A stretch of 64,000 nt of DNA. It comes from Candidatus Beckwithbacteria bacterium. GTDB lineage: Bacteria; Patescibacteriota; Microgenomatia; UBA1400; UBA1449. Below, piece by piece: positions 9,056-19,137 of the stretch (the stretch's first letter is position 1; each line of letters opens with the position of its first letter). Where the stretch lies: assembly GCA_012797845.1 (NCBI GenBank), contig JAAZOH010000038.1:11919-75918 (forward strand), read 5' to 3'. The notes under the pieces are model-generated. The model was given only the letters and a program-made list of their open reading frames with translations, was not told the DNA's origin and ran no database searches. The position numbers and the translations under genes were made by a program.

Positions 9056-9715
9056 GTGAATTTTTTCTTGAAAAGCTTTCTATTTTTACTCCTGGGTTCT
9101 TTTTTATCTGTTTTAGTATTTATTTTGCTAAATAATGATATTTTTAGTGCAACCTTTGTTTTTGAAGGTAATAAAGAGCAATATCAGATAACAGATTTTT
9201 CTTTGGAGGATGCTCCAGCCGAATCATTGCGCGGAACTATTGCCAGTAGAAATGGGGAAATTTTGTGGCAATCCAGAATTGCTACACAGTCTTCAGTATT
9301 AGTAGGCGACAAAATACTTCAACAGGGAGAAATTTTAGAAACTGGGAAAGACGGAATAATTGAAGTCAAATTTGTTGATGCTGCCTTAGTTCATATGTTT
9401 GAGAATACTAAGGTTGAAATCGTTCAGACTTTGCCAGTCAATTTAGTTTTCAATCAATCTAGGGGTACAGTTACATATAAAAATTTGGGAGAAGCTCCGG
9501 TTTCGATTCGATCTATCAATCTGTTGGTAAATTTGACAAAAGGTTTGATAGATATTGATGTGGACGATCAAACGGGAGAAGTAAGCTTATCTTTAGTTGA
9601 AGGCAAGGCCAGGGTAGCATATAACAGTACGGATTTTGAAAGTAAGGTTTGGGATTTGGAAGCAGGAGACAGTTTTTTATATGACAGCAATGAAAGAGAA
9701 GGTTTTTTTGAATAA
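9056..9715 (+). CDS. FecR-like domain membrane-anchored protein
   Basis: N-terminal TM; LQQGEILETGKDG..EVKFVD...HMFENTKVEI and LVEGKARV are FecR-like beta motifs. Confidence 0.7.
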   Translation: MNFFLKSFLFLLLGSFLSVLVFILLNNDIFSATFVFEGNKEQYQITDFSLEDAPAESLRGTIASRNGEILWQSRIATQSSVLVGDKILQQGEILETGKDGIIEVKFVDAALVHMFENTKVEIVQTLPVNLVFNQSRGTVTYKNLGEAPVSIRSINLLVNLTKGLIDIDVDDQTGEVSLSLVEGKARVAYNSTDFESKVWDLEAGDSFLYDSNEREGFFE

Positions 9716-10849
9716 TTACTTATAAGTTTTGACAGGTTCCAAGATAGTTTGTCCCTCATAACCAAGTGCCCAAAAAGCCATACCACCAAGCTTATATTTT
9801 TTAACAAGATCAATTTTTTCTTGCACGGCTTGAGCATCTGGATAAAAAATCTGGTGATAGGTTTTATACTCTTGATCGTAATAAATAAGGTATGATTCTT
9901 GAGAATTAGCCTCTATTTGCGCGCTGCAACTGGCACAACTAGCCAAAAATTCCTCTACCCTTTTATTACTAGCTGTAATGCCTGAGCCAGGCAAGGTGGC
10001 AGATCTAGGATAGTCAGTCAGGGTTTCCCATTCATAGCCGTATAAAGGAATGCCAAGAATAATTTTATTTTTAGGTAAAACCTCTAGTGCTTTTTGAATA
10101 CCGGTTTCAACATCAAACTCACTATCAATTCCGACTCCACCTACTGGTGCTACTGCTCCACTCACTTGTGAGCCAGGATAATGGTAATCATAAGTCATGA
10201 GGACAATATAGTCGACATACGGTTCAACTGCTTCAAGATTGATCAGTCTGCTTTTGATCAGATCTGTAGGACTGGCATCAATGGTCAGGGTTGTATTAAT
10301 CCGACTTTTGACTTCTTTAATAAAAGCAGTGAAATGTAGTCGGGCTGATTCTGAAGCATATAACACATTTTCGATATCAAGATTAAGATCAGTAAATCCA
10401 TATTGTTCCATGATTGGGTTAATCTGTGAAACTAAAGTTGCGGCGTGAGAAGCAGGTTCAGAGACTAATTCATTGATAGTATCTGGATCACCACTAAAAA
10501 TTAAAAGGGAGTTTTGTAAATTTTTGGAAGGAGTAAATTTCCCAGAATTTAGAGCTTGCCAGCCCGGTTCAGCTTCTCCTGGATTGGTATATTTTTGAAT
10601 CTTACCATCTCCTTCAACAGTCAGTCCAAAATAAGTAATATTGGTCAAATATTGGGAATAGTCTTTGTCAGTTTTACCTATAAACCAATATGGAAGAAAA
10701 CCGATAATATGTTGCTTATTTTGTTTTTGAAGAGGAGAAAGAATAATTGATTTGGGATTTTTATCAACGAGGTAATTTAATAAAAGCAACGTAAAGGTAA
10801 ATCCTAAAATCGTTACGAAGAAAAAAACCAGAATACTTTTTATTTTCAT
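9716..10849 (-). CDS. Glycoside hydrolase family 18, membrane-anchored
   Basis: GFLPYW, FTDLNLDIE, LMTYDYH, IILGIPLYGYEW, LGGMAFWALG. Confidence 0.92.
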   Translation of the reverse strand: MKIKSILVFFFVTILGFTFTLLLLNYLVDKNPKSIILSPLQKQNKQHIIGFLPYWFIGKTDKDYSQYLTNITYFGLTVEGDGKIQKYTNPGEAEPGWQALNSGKFTPSKNLQNSLLIFSGDPDTINELVSEPASHAATLVSQINPIMEQYGFTDLNLDIENVLYASESARLHFTAFIKEVKSRINTTLTIDASPTDLIKSRLINLEAVEPYVDYIVLMTYDYHYPGSQVSGAVAPVGGVGIDSEFDVETGIQKALEVLPKNKIILGIPLYGYEWETLTDYPRSATLPGSGITASNKRVEEFLASCASCSAQIEANSQESYLIYYDQEYKTYHQIFYPDAQAVQEKIDLVKKYKLGGMAFWALGYEGQTILEPVKTYK

Positions 10850-10946
10850 CTATTTTATTTTAACATGGCCACCTTTAGAAACTGTTTAATATAAAGTATC
10901 AGGAGAGTATTTAGAAAAATATTACAGTACTTATTAAACTCAAAAT

Positions 10947-11750
10947 TTATTTTAATCTTCTGAACATTGCATATACCCGACCATGATCTTTGGAAAATGT
11001 TAAAGTGATTGCATAATTATTTTCTTCCCACCTTAAGCAGTTGTTTTCATCAATACTAAAACTTAAGTTGTCTGCATACTTTTCTTTATAGTCTTGGATA
11101 AATTTATCCATATTTGCTTTATCTACCGTCCAATATTGAGTATATTCAATCTCTCCGCCATTTTGATTGAGTTTACCGTAACTATTTTCATGTTCCTGCC
11201 AGCTAGGATCAATTTCGATTATATTGGGATAATCAGCATAATATTTGTTAGTTTTAGTAAATTCTTTTTCTGGTACATAGACTTGTAAATAAGAAGTGCC
11301 ATCACCGTAATCAGATACTGAAACAATATATGATCCAATAGTCCCCTCTACCCTAGAATCGCTTGAAGTGTCTTCATTTGCTTCGTTCATTAAAGATCGG
11401 TAATAGTTAAGAAGCTCAATCTGTTCAGCTGCCGAAGCAAAAACCACATTGTAATAGTTTTTTTGAGTGGGTAAAAAAGTTTCTATATTTACAGGATCAT
11501 CATTGACGAAATATTTAATTGATTCAATTCTCTTGCTTTTATATAAGGGAACTAAATTTTGGGGATAACCATCCAATAAACTAGTCATAAAATCATCAGA
11601 TTTATTAGCCGATATTTGTTTGGAAGTATTTTGAGTTTGAGTTTTTTGATCAAAATTGTTTTTTGAATAAGGATGTGTGTTTAAAAATATTAAAGTTCCT
11701 ACTCCAAGGATTAATAAAAATACTATGACAATAATAAATTTTGATTTCAT
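10947..11750 (-). CDS. Hypothetical membrane-anchored/secreted protein
   Basis: 267 aa ORF with N-terminal hydrophobic anchor; C-terminus has a remnant paralogue at 22388. Confidence 0.8.
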   Translation of the reverse strand: MKSKFIIVIVFLLILGVGTLIFLNTHPYSKNNFDQKTQTQNTSKQISANKSDDFMTSLLDGYPQNLVPLYKSKRIESIKYFVNDDPVNIETFLPTQKNYYNVVFASAAEQIELLNYYRSLMNEANEDTSSDSRVEGTIGSYIVSVSDYGDGTSYLQVYVPEKEFTKTNKYYADYPNIIEIDPSWQEHENSYGKLNQNGGEIEYTQYWTVDKANMDKFIQDYKEKYADNLSFSIDENNCLRWEENNYAITLTFSKDHGRVYAMFRRLK

Positions 11751-11900
11751 AATATAAAAATATTAATAAGTAAAGTTTAAAAATTGTAACACTACTTTTT
11801 CCAATTTGTCTATGTATTCTCTGCAAAAAACATGATACAAGGGTGAAATTTTAAAATACCTGGTACAATATCGCCATAAATCAGTAATTTCAGTAAAAGT

Positions 11901-12992
11901 ATGGCTAAATCAGATAATTCCTTAATCCATATCCATGAAGTGGTTAAAACCTATGAAACCGAGGCCGGAGATTTTACAGCCCTTAATAAAATTAATCTTT
12001 CGGTTGGTAAAAGCGAATTTGTCGGAATTATTGGCAAATCCGGGAGTGGTAAATCAACTTTGATCAACATGTTGACAGGGATTGACCGCTCGACAGCTGG
12101 CCAAATTGTCATCAATGGGACTGATATTACTAAACTTGATGAAGGCCAAATGGCGGTTTGGCGAGGCAAAAATATGGGGATTGTGTTCCAGTTTTTCCAA
12201 CTCTTACCTACGCTTACCGTTATTGAAAACATCATGTTGCCAATGGATTTTTGTAATGTTTATAAGCCAAATCAACGCAGCCAAAAAGCTTTGGAGTTGT
12301 TAGGGCAAGTTGATTTGGCAGACCAAGCTCATAAATTCCCCAGCCAACTATCAGGTGGACAGCAGCAGCGGATTGCTATTGCTCGAGCTTTAGCCAATGA
12401 CCCGCCGATTATTTGTGCCGATGAACCAACCGGCAACTTAGATTCTAAAACAGCTGAACAAATTTTTGGTCTGTTTCAGTCTTTAGTTGATAGTGGCAAA
12501 ACTATCGTTATGGTGACTCACGATAAAGATCTAGCTAAAAAAGTCAGTCGGACGATTTTAATTGCTGATGGCCAAGTGATTGAAGAATACCTAATGAGCA
12601 CTTTTTCCTCTCTAGCTCCTGCCAAATTAGCCTGGGTGACTGAGCAAGTCGAAACTGCTGAATTTGCACCAGGCAAGCTGATTGTCAAAGAAGGTGAGGT
12701 TATGAATTATTTTTATGTGATTATGAATGGTATGGTTGAGATTGTAATTTCTAAAAATAAAAAAGAAAAAATCTTAGGAACCTTTGGGCGAGGTAAATAT
12801 TTTGGAGAAATAGAGCTATTTCATGATACTAAAAGTATAGCTTCAGCTCGAGCTGGCAAAAAAGGTGTCCGGATTGGCCGGATTAAAAAAGATGTTTTTA
12901 ATCAAATTGTGCATGAAACCCCGGTTTTGGGAAAGAAACTTCGTAACTTAGCTAGTAAACATTGGGAAGAAAATAAAACTGCTAGAAAGTAA
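11901..12992 (+). CDS. LolD/MacB-type ABC ATPase fused to C-terminal cyclic-nucleotide-binding domain
   Basis: [29 protein letters not shown]; then [18 protein letters not shown]...GKYFGEIEL...ASARA. Confidence 0.9.
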   Translation: MAKSDNSLIHIHEVVKTYETEAGDFTALNKINLSVGKSEFVGIIGKSGSGKSTLINMLTGIDRSTAGQIVINGTDITKLDEGQMAVWRGKNMGIVFQFFQLLPTLTVIENIMLPMDFCNVYKPNQRSQKALELLGQVDLADQAHKFPSQLSGGQQQRIAIARALANDPPIICADEPTGNLDSKTAEQIFGLFQSLVDSGKTIVMVTHDKDLAKKVSRTILIADGQVIEEYLMSTFSSLAPAKLAWVTEQVETAEFAPGKLIVKEGEVMNYFYVIMNGMVEIVISKNKKEKILGTFGRGKYFGEIELFHDTKSIASARAGKKGVRIGRIKKDVFNQIVHETPVLGKKLRNLASKHWEENKTARK

Positions 12993-12994
12993 TT

Positions 12995-15376
12995 ATGAAT
13001 CCTCGATGGAACAAAGTTTGGCGTGATTTGTGGGCCAACAAAAGTCGGACTATTGTTGTGGTTTTAGCTATTGCTGTAGGAGTTATGGCTTTTTCTTCAG
13101 TTTTTATTACCAGAGCTGTGTTACTCAAAGACATGAACACTCAATACACAGCTATTAATCCTTCCAGTGTAATTTTACGTTTTCGGGATGGTTTTGAGCC
13201 TGATTTGGTCAACTGGATCGAAACTCAAAAAGGAGTTAAAGCAGCTCGGGCCACTGGTGGGACTTTGGTGCGGATCTTTACTCCTCAAGGTGCTAGAAAT
13301 GTGGAATTAATTGCCCTAAATGATTATGACAAAATTTTAGTGAATCAAGTTACTCCAGAAACTGGGTCTTGGCCACCCCAACGTAAAGAACTAATTTTTG
13401 AGCGGCGTTCGGCTTTAGCTCTCCCCTACCAGTTGGGTGATGATATCGAAATTGAAACGCCAAAAGGCCGGCAAAAAACCTTAAACTTTGCTGGAACAGT
13501 TCATGATTTACGAGCTATACCAGCTAATCTGTTTCCTCAGTTTACGGCTTATGTTTCTTTTGACACGATCCGCTATTTGGATGAAAGTGATGTCCTTACC
13601 AGTCTGGAAATCCAAACTGACGATACAATTAAAACTAAAGACAAAGCTTTAGCTTTAGGGAATCAGCTTAAAAAAGACTTAGAAAATCGAGGTTTTGAGC
13701 ATATCAGTGTTAGAGCTGAAGATCCCAACAAACATTGGAGTCAGGATGTAACCAGTGCTTTTGTGATGATTCTGACTATTATCGGAGCTTTTTCCTTAGT
13801 GTTATCTTTGTTTTTAGTTTTCAACACAGTTTCAGCTATTGTAGTTCAGCAAAAAAAACAGATTGGCATTATGAAAGCCATTGGAGCTAAACGGCTCCAA
13901 ATTAGTATTTTATTTTTAGCTATGGCTTTAAGCTACGGTTTCCTATCGCTTTTAGTAGCCATTCCAGTTGGAGCCTTGTTGGGTTATGGAAGCTTAGCCA
14001 TGGTAACAAATTTTTTAAATTTGGAAATTTTAGATTTTCATATTCCGCCAATGGTACTAGCTATGGAAACAGGTATTGCTTTAGTAGTACCGGTTATTGC
14101 TGCTTTAATTCCTATTATTCAAGGTACTAAGATTACCGTTCGAGAAGCTATCAGTGATTATGTGGTAGCTAAACAGCAAAAATCCTGGCTTAATTCTTTA
14201 TTAACCGAACTGACGATGTTGTCGAGGCCAATGGCAGTTTCATTACGTAATACCTTCCGGCAAAAAGGCCGACTGATTCTAACGTTGGTAACTTTAACAA
14301 TAGCCGGAACACTCTTTGTCAGTGTAATTGGAGTGCGCAGCTCTATGGTTGTTGAGCTCAATAATATTTTGGAACTGAATAACTATGACATGGAACTGTA
14401 TTTTGATGGGACGTATGATAGCCAAAAAGTCACTACTGATACTCAAAAAGTTGAAGGCGTAGCAGAAGCTTATACTCCACTAAATATTTCCGGTGAGTGG
14501 CAAAAAAATAGTGGCTCAGAAAGTGATCAAAAGGAATTCATCCCGATTCAAGGATATATACCCAACTCTCAGTTTTCACTGGTTACTATTACCAGGGGCC
14601 GGAATTTACAACGCAGCGACAGTAACCAAATTATTATTTCCAATAAATTTTTGCGAGATGATCCAAGCATAGAAGTAGGTAAAACGCTAACCTTTACTAT
14701 TAATGACAAAGATTATGATTTTGAAATTGTCGGTGTGTACCTGCTAGCTGATACTAAAATGGTTTTGGTAAACAGCAATTATTTGCGCAAAATCGTGCCA
14801 GATGCTGATCAAGCTAGTAGTGTTCAGATCAAAACTACCAAGCATGATTCAGCCTTTTTGATAAGTTTTGCTAAGACTGTCGAAGAAAGCATGAAACGAC
14901 GGGGTTATGATGTGGCTTATTCTCTAACGATTGACAGTATTCGCAGCGCTTCTGCCGGTCAATTTGATTTTCTGGTGGGATTTTTGATGATGATGGCGGC
15001 TTTAGTAGCGGTAGTTGGTGGCCTCGGCTTAGCTGGCACCATGTCTTTAAATGTTTTAGAGCGAACTAGAGAAATTGGAGTAATGCGCTCAATTGGTGCT
15101 TCAAACAGCTCGGTGTTTAGATTGGTTATTGTGGAGAGTTTAAGCATCGGTTTTATTAGTTGGTTGATCGCAGTGCCTTTATCAGTGCCTGTAGGATTAG
15201 GTTTTTGTTATGCTTTGGGAACAGCTTTTTTTGAAGAAGTTTTACCATATGTTTTTTCACCAGTTGGTATGCTTATCTGGTTAGTGTTGGTTATTGTGAT
15301 TGCTGTTTTGGCTAGTATAGCTCCTGCTAAAAAAGCAGTTAGCCTAACTGTCAGAGACACTTTATCATACGAATAA
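12995..15376 (+). CDS. ABC transporter permease, FtsX/MacB family (double)
   Basis: Two repeats with QIGIMKAIGA and ERTREIGVMRSIGA, large extracellular domains. Confidence 0.92.
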   Translation: MNPRWNKVWRDLWANKSRTIVVVLAIAVGVMAFSSVFITRAVLLKDMNTQYTAINPSSVILRFRDGFEPDLVNWIETQKGVKAARATGGTLVRIFTPQGARNVELIALNDYDKILVNQVTPETGSWPPQRKELIFERRSALALPYQLGDDIEIETPKGRQKTLNFAGTVHDLRAIPANLFPQFTAYVSFDTIRYLDESDVLTSLEIQTDDTIKTKDKALALGNQLKKDLENRGFEHISVRAEDPNKHWSQDVTSAFVMILTIIGAFSLVLSLFLVFNTVSAIVVQQKKQIGIMKAIGAKRLQISILFLAMALSYGFLSLLVAIPVGALLGYGSLAMVTNFLNLEILDFHIPPMVLAMETGIALVVPVIAALIPIIQGTKITVREAISDYVVAKQQKSWLNSLLTELTMLSRPMAVSLRNTFRQKGRLILTLVTLTIAGTLFVSVIGVRSSMVVELNNILELNNYDMELYFDGTYDSQKVTTDTQKVEGVAEAYTPLNISGEWQKNSGSESDQKEFIPIQGYIPNSQFSLVTITRGRNLQRSDSNQIIISNKFLRDDPSIEVGKTLTFTINDKDYDFEIVGVYLLADTKMVLVNSNYLRKIVPDADQASSVQIKTTKHDSAFLISFAKTVEESMKRRGYDVAYSLTIDSIRSASAGQFDFLVGFLMMMAALVAVVGGLGLAGTMSLNVLERTREIGVMRSIGASNSSVFRLVIVESLSIGFISWLIAVPLSVPVGLGFCYALGTAFFEEVLPYVFSPVGMLIWLVLVIVIAVLASIAPAKKAVSLTVRDTLSYE

Positions 15377-15418
15377 AACTTTTTTGAAATATCTGGTAAA
15401 ATACAGCCTGTATAAACT

Positions 15419-16486
15419 ATGAATAAGATTTTTGCTTGGTTTTGGAACCATAAATTTAGATCCATCATTCTTCTCCTGATTATTGGAGCGGTTATTTTTT
15501 ACGTGATCAAAAAAAACCAACCACCCAAAGTTGAAACAGCTACAGTTAGCAAAGGTGAGATTACCAGCATTATTGAAGCTTCTGGTCAAGTCATGGCCCA
15601 AGAAACTGCGGATTTAACATTTAGTGCTACTGGTAAAATTGCCTGGGTTGGAGTTAAAAAAGGTGACCAGATTAGTAGGTGGCAAGCTTTAGCTAGCTTG
15701 GATCAGCGGGAACTGCAGAAACAACTTAAAAAAGCTTTGCTTACCCAGCAAACAACTCGGAATAATTTTGAAAATACCATTGTTGATTATGATTACGGAA
15801 TTAGCTCAGTCAATAATTATGATATTCAAACTAGAGGCGATGAAGACTTGGTGATCAAGCGGCTACTTATAAATAATCAAATTTCTTTAGATAGTGCAAC
15901 GCTGGATGTAGAAATAGCCGATTTAGCCAGAGACTATGCTACTTTGATTAGTCCCATTTCAGGTACTGTAGTCAATGATGGTAGTCTAAAACCCGGGCAG
16001 TGGTTAACAGCTGCCAATCTTAGCAGTAAAGCAATTCGGATTACTGACCTTTCAACGCTTTATTTTCAGGCTAATATTGATGAAGCTGATTATGCCAATA
16101 TCCAAATTGGCCAAGCAGTTATCATTACCTTAGATAGTTTTCCTGACAAAAAAATAAATGGCACAGTGACTTTTATTGGCAAAGAAGGTGTCAAAAAAAC
16201 TGGTGGTAGTGTCCAAATTCCCATTGATATTGCTATGACTAATGCTCCCTTAGGAGTAGTAACTGAACTGAATGGGGATGTAAATGTAATTTTACAGAAA
16301 AAAAATAATGTCTTGAAACTTGATAAAACGTTTGTTCACAAAGAGGATGACAAGTACAGTGTCAATATTTTAGATAATAATAAAGTCATTTCTAGGCCAG
16401 TCAAAATCGGTCTTATCGGTCCGGATAATTACGAGATTATAAGCGGTTTAGCTGAGGGTGACCAAGTAGTCAATGTGGTGAAATAG
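15419..16486 (+). CDS. Efflux adaptor (HlyD/MacA-type membrane fusion protein)
   Basis: ASGQV, GKIAWVGVKKGD, LISPISGTV, VKIGL, EIISGLAEGDQV. Confidence 0.92.
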   Translation: MNKIFAWFWNHKFRSIILLLIIGAVIFYVIKKNQPPKVETATVSKGEITSIIEASGQVMAQETADLTFSATGKIAWVGVKKGDQISRWQALASLDQRELQKQLKKALLTQQTTRNNFENTIVDYDYGISSVNNYDIQTRGDEDLVIKRLLINNQISLDSATLDVEIADLARDYATLISPISGTVVNDGSLKPGQWLTAANLSSKAIRITDLSTLYFQANIDEADYANIQIGQAVIITLDSFPDKKINGTVTFIGKEGVKKTGGSVQIPIDIAMTNAPLGVVTELNGDVNVILQKKNNVLKLDKTFVHKEDDKYSVNILDNNKVISRPVKIGLIGPDNYEIISGLAEGDQVVNVVK

Positions 16487-16556
16487 AAAAATACTAATAC
16501 CTTTATACTCTAGCTATACTTTCAATTTTCCATTCAATCTGCCATGATATATTGGC

Positions 16557-17615
16557 ATGTCAGACAATTTTTTAATCCTTGGATGGTATGGTTTTGCCCA
16601 TTTTCTGGTAGATGCTGCTTGTGCTGGTTTAGTATACTCTCTTTCTATCGGTTCCCAGTTTGCAGGTTTAAATTTTTTCTTCCTGATTGTTCTATACAAT
16701 GTGTTTGCATTTGGTTTTCAGCCACTTATTGGTTTTATTGTTGATAGCTATCGACTACCTCGTTTTTCTGCAATCATTGGCTATGGTTTGATTGTAATCA
16801 GTCTTTTAGTAGCTAGTCTTCTACCAACACTCTCATTTTTCTTAGCCGGTTTTGGCAATGCCTTTTTCCATGTTGGTGGAGGAATTGTCAGCCTAAGTAT
16901 AAACCCAGGCAAAGCAACAGCTCCTGGTTTGTTTGTAGCTCCCGGAGCACTAGGTTTATTTATTGGCATGATAGCAGGTAAATCAAACACCTCTTTGTTC
17001 TACTGGGTTGTTTTACTGCTGTTGGCTGGTGTGACAACGCTGTTATTACCTGCTCCCAAAACTATTTATAACTATATTAAAAAGGTAGCTAAAATCCGCT
17101 ACGGGACCATTATAATTTTACTTTTACTTGCTTCTATTTCGGTTCGGGCACTGGTGGGTATGGCTGTATTTTTTCCCTGGAAAAGCAACATACTTTTATT
17201 GGCAATTTTGACTTTGGCAGCCGGAAGCGGCAAAGGTATGGGTGGCATTGTGGCTGACAAATTGGGTTGGGTAAAAACCAGTGTGGGTGCTTTAGTACTT
17301 TCAATACCCTTTTTATACCTGGGTGCTGCTTATCCCCTTTTAGGTATTGCCGGTATGCTTTTGTTTCAGATGACTATGCCCGTTACACTGGTAGCTTTAG
17401 CAATGCTGCTGCCAGGCAGTCCCGGTTTTACCTTTGGTTTGACAACCTTAGCCTTGTTGCTAGGAGCTTTGCCGGTTATGTTTGCCTATCACGGATTTTT
17501 CACCCAGCCAATTATCAATAGTCTTACCATTGTGGGTTCAGCCGCCATACTATTTGTAAGTTTGCGATTGTTTTTTAAAACAGCAGCATCAAAACAGCTA
17601 GTTGTTCACGAATAA
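16557..17615 (+). CDS. MFS-like transporter
   Basis: AHFLVDAAC, QPLIGFIVD, GNAFFHVGG, GGIVADKLG; many TM helices. Confidence 0.8.
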   Translation: MSDNFLILGWYGFAHFLVDAACAGLVYSLSIGSQFAGLNFFFLIVLYNVFAFGFQPLIGFIVDSYRLPRFSAIIGYGLIVISLLVASLLPTLSFFLAGFGNAFFHVGGGIVSLSINPGKATAPGLFVAPGALGLFIGMIAGKSNTSLFYWVVLLLLAGVTTLLLPAPKTIYNYIKKVAKIRYGTIIILLLLASISVRALVGMAVFFPWKSNILLLAILTLAAGSGKGMGGIVADKLGWVKTSVGALVLSIPFLYLGAAYPLLGIAGMLLFQMTMPVTLVALAMLLPGSPGFTFGLTTLALLLGALPVMFAYHGFFTQPIINSLTIVGSAAILFVSLRLFFKTAASKQLVVHE

Positions 17616-17649
17616 ATCACAATCTATACTAAAAATAGCACTGCTGCCT

Positions 17650-17904
17650 ATGATAAAACCTAAACTGTATATACCCATTTTTCTATTTCTGGTTTTAGGA
17701 TCATTAGTTAAACCAGTTTTTGCCTTAGCCGACCTAATTTCTCCTGGAGAATCAATTTATCGCAACGATCTTTTTAATGGGCAAAGCGGAAATTACGAAA
17801 TTAGCACTGAAGGCTATCTTATTGGTGCTGTTGTAGCTACTGTTGTTACTATTTCATTCATTTTGCTTCTTAAGATCAGATATAAACAATCAAAGAAAAA
17901 ATGA
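17650..17904 (+). CDS. Small protein with signal peptide and C-terminal TM anchor
   Basis: MIKPK start, VFA-LAD cleavage-like site, TM + basic tail; overlaps next gene (ATGA). Confidence 0.65.
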   Translation: MIKPKLYIPIFLFLVLGSLVKPVFALADLISPGESIYRNDLFNGQSGNYEISTEGYLIGAVVATVVTISFILLLKIRYKQSKKK

Positions 17905-18278
17905 CGTCTTTATTTCTTTACTTTCTAACTCTGACTCTAACTATCGTTATAGAAATTTTAGTTGGTGGCACAATGCTTGGCTGGAAAAATAAGTTATTTT
18001 TAACTAGCATTGTTTTGGTCAATCTGATTACCCACCCCCTGCTCAATTACATTCTCTATCTCGATACATACTTGGGATTTTTGGGATCAAGATTTTTTGC
18101 TACAGTCATGCTTGAAGCTTTGGTAGTACTTGTGGAATGGCGGTTACTTGTTTTTGCCATGAGATCATTTTCAGTGCAATTATTTAAATTATCTCTTATT
18201 ATGAATGTTATGTCATATCTTTTGGGATCCTACTTTTTAGTTATATTTGCCATGATCTATAACGTGGTTGTCTTCTAG
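17901..18278 (+). CDS. Hypothetical integral membrane protein
   Basis: LTIVIE, VNLITHP, EALVVLVE, MNVMSY; four TM helices. Confidence 0.75.
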   Translation: MTSLFLYFLTLTLTIVIEILVGGTMLGWKNKLFLTSIVLVNLITHPLLNYILYLDTYLGFLGSRFFATVMLEALVVLVEWRLLVFAMRSFSVQLFKLSLIMNVMSYLLGSYFLVIFAMIYNVVVF

Positions 18279-18477
18279 AGTATTTATGACCTTTGATCAG
18301 CTCATGCTTTTATTGTTATTGTTCCTATGCAAAAACTCTTCATTGTCTTCTCTTAATATCGACCTGTTCTCGAGTTATTAAGTTTTAGATTGTCTGTGAA
18401 AATAATAATATTTTTAGAGATATTTTCATTAATTAACAAGCTCAATATTATTTATTATTATATTGTAAAATAGCCTT

Positions 18478-19137
18478 GTGAATTTTTTCCTAAAAGGCTT
18501 TCTATTTTTACTATTAGGTTCTTTTCTCTCAGTTTTAGTATTTATCTTACTAAATAATAATATTTTCAGTAAAACCTTTGTTTTTGAAGGCAATAAGCAG
18601 CAATATCAGCCAACAAACTTTTCTTTGGAAGATGCTCCAGTAGAATCGCTGCGAGGGACTATTGCCACTAGAAGCGGAGAGATTTTGTGGCAATCCAGAG
18701 TTGCGACAGAGTCTTCAACATTAGTTGATGACATACAGTTTCAGCAGGGAGAAATGGTAGAAACCAAGAAAAATGGGACAATTGAAGTCAAATTTACCGA
18801 TGCCGCACAGGTTGATATATTTGAAAATACTAAGGTTGAAATAGTCCAAACCTTACCGGTCAATTTGGTTTTTAACCAGTTCAAAGGCAAAGCTCAATAT
18901 AAAAATTTAGGAGTAGCTCCAGTTTCAGTCAGGTCTATGAATCTGTTGGTAAATTTAGTTGAAGGTTTAATGGACATCGATGTGGACGATCAAACTGGAG
19001 AAATCACTGTAACTTTAGATGAAGGACAAGCCAAAGTAGCGTATAACAGTGCAGAGTTTGAAAGTCAGATTTGGGATTTGGAAACAGGAGATATATTTAT
19101 CTATGACAGCAATGAAAGACAAGGTTTTTTTGAGTAA
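18478..19137 (+). CDS. FecR-like domain membrane-anchored protein (paralogue)
   Basis: Aligns without gaps to 9056..9715. Confidence 0.7.
   Translation: MNFFLKGFLFLLLGSFLSVLVFILLNNNIFSKTFVFEGNKQQYQPTNFSLEDAPVESLRGTIATRSGEILWQSRVATESSTLVDDIQFQQGEMVETKKNGTIEVKFTDAAQVDIFENTKVEIVQTLPVNLVFNQFKGKAQYKNLGVAPVSVRSMNLLVNLVEGLMDIDVDDQTGEITVTLDEGQAKVAYNSAEFESQIWDLETGDIFIYDSNERQGFFE

Larger units (their letters stand above)
9001..10870. repeat. Diverged segmental duplication, copy A (FecR-like + GH18 with flanks)
   Basis: Colinear with about 18423-20291 including both upstream regions. Confidence 0.95.
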
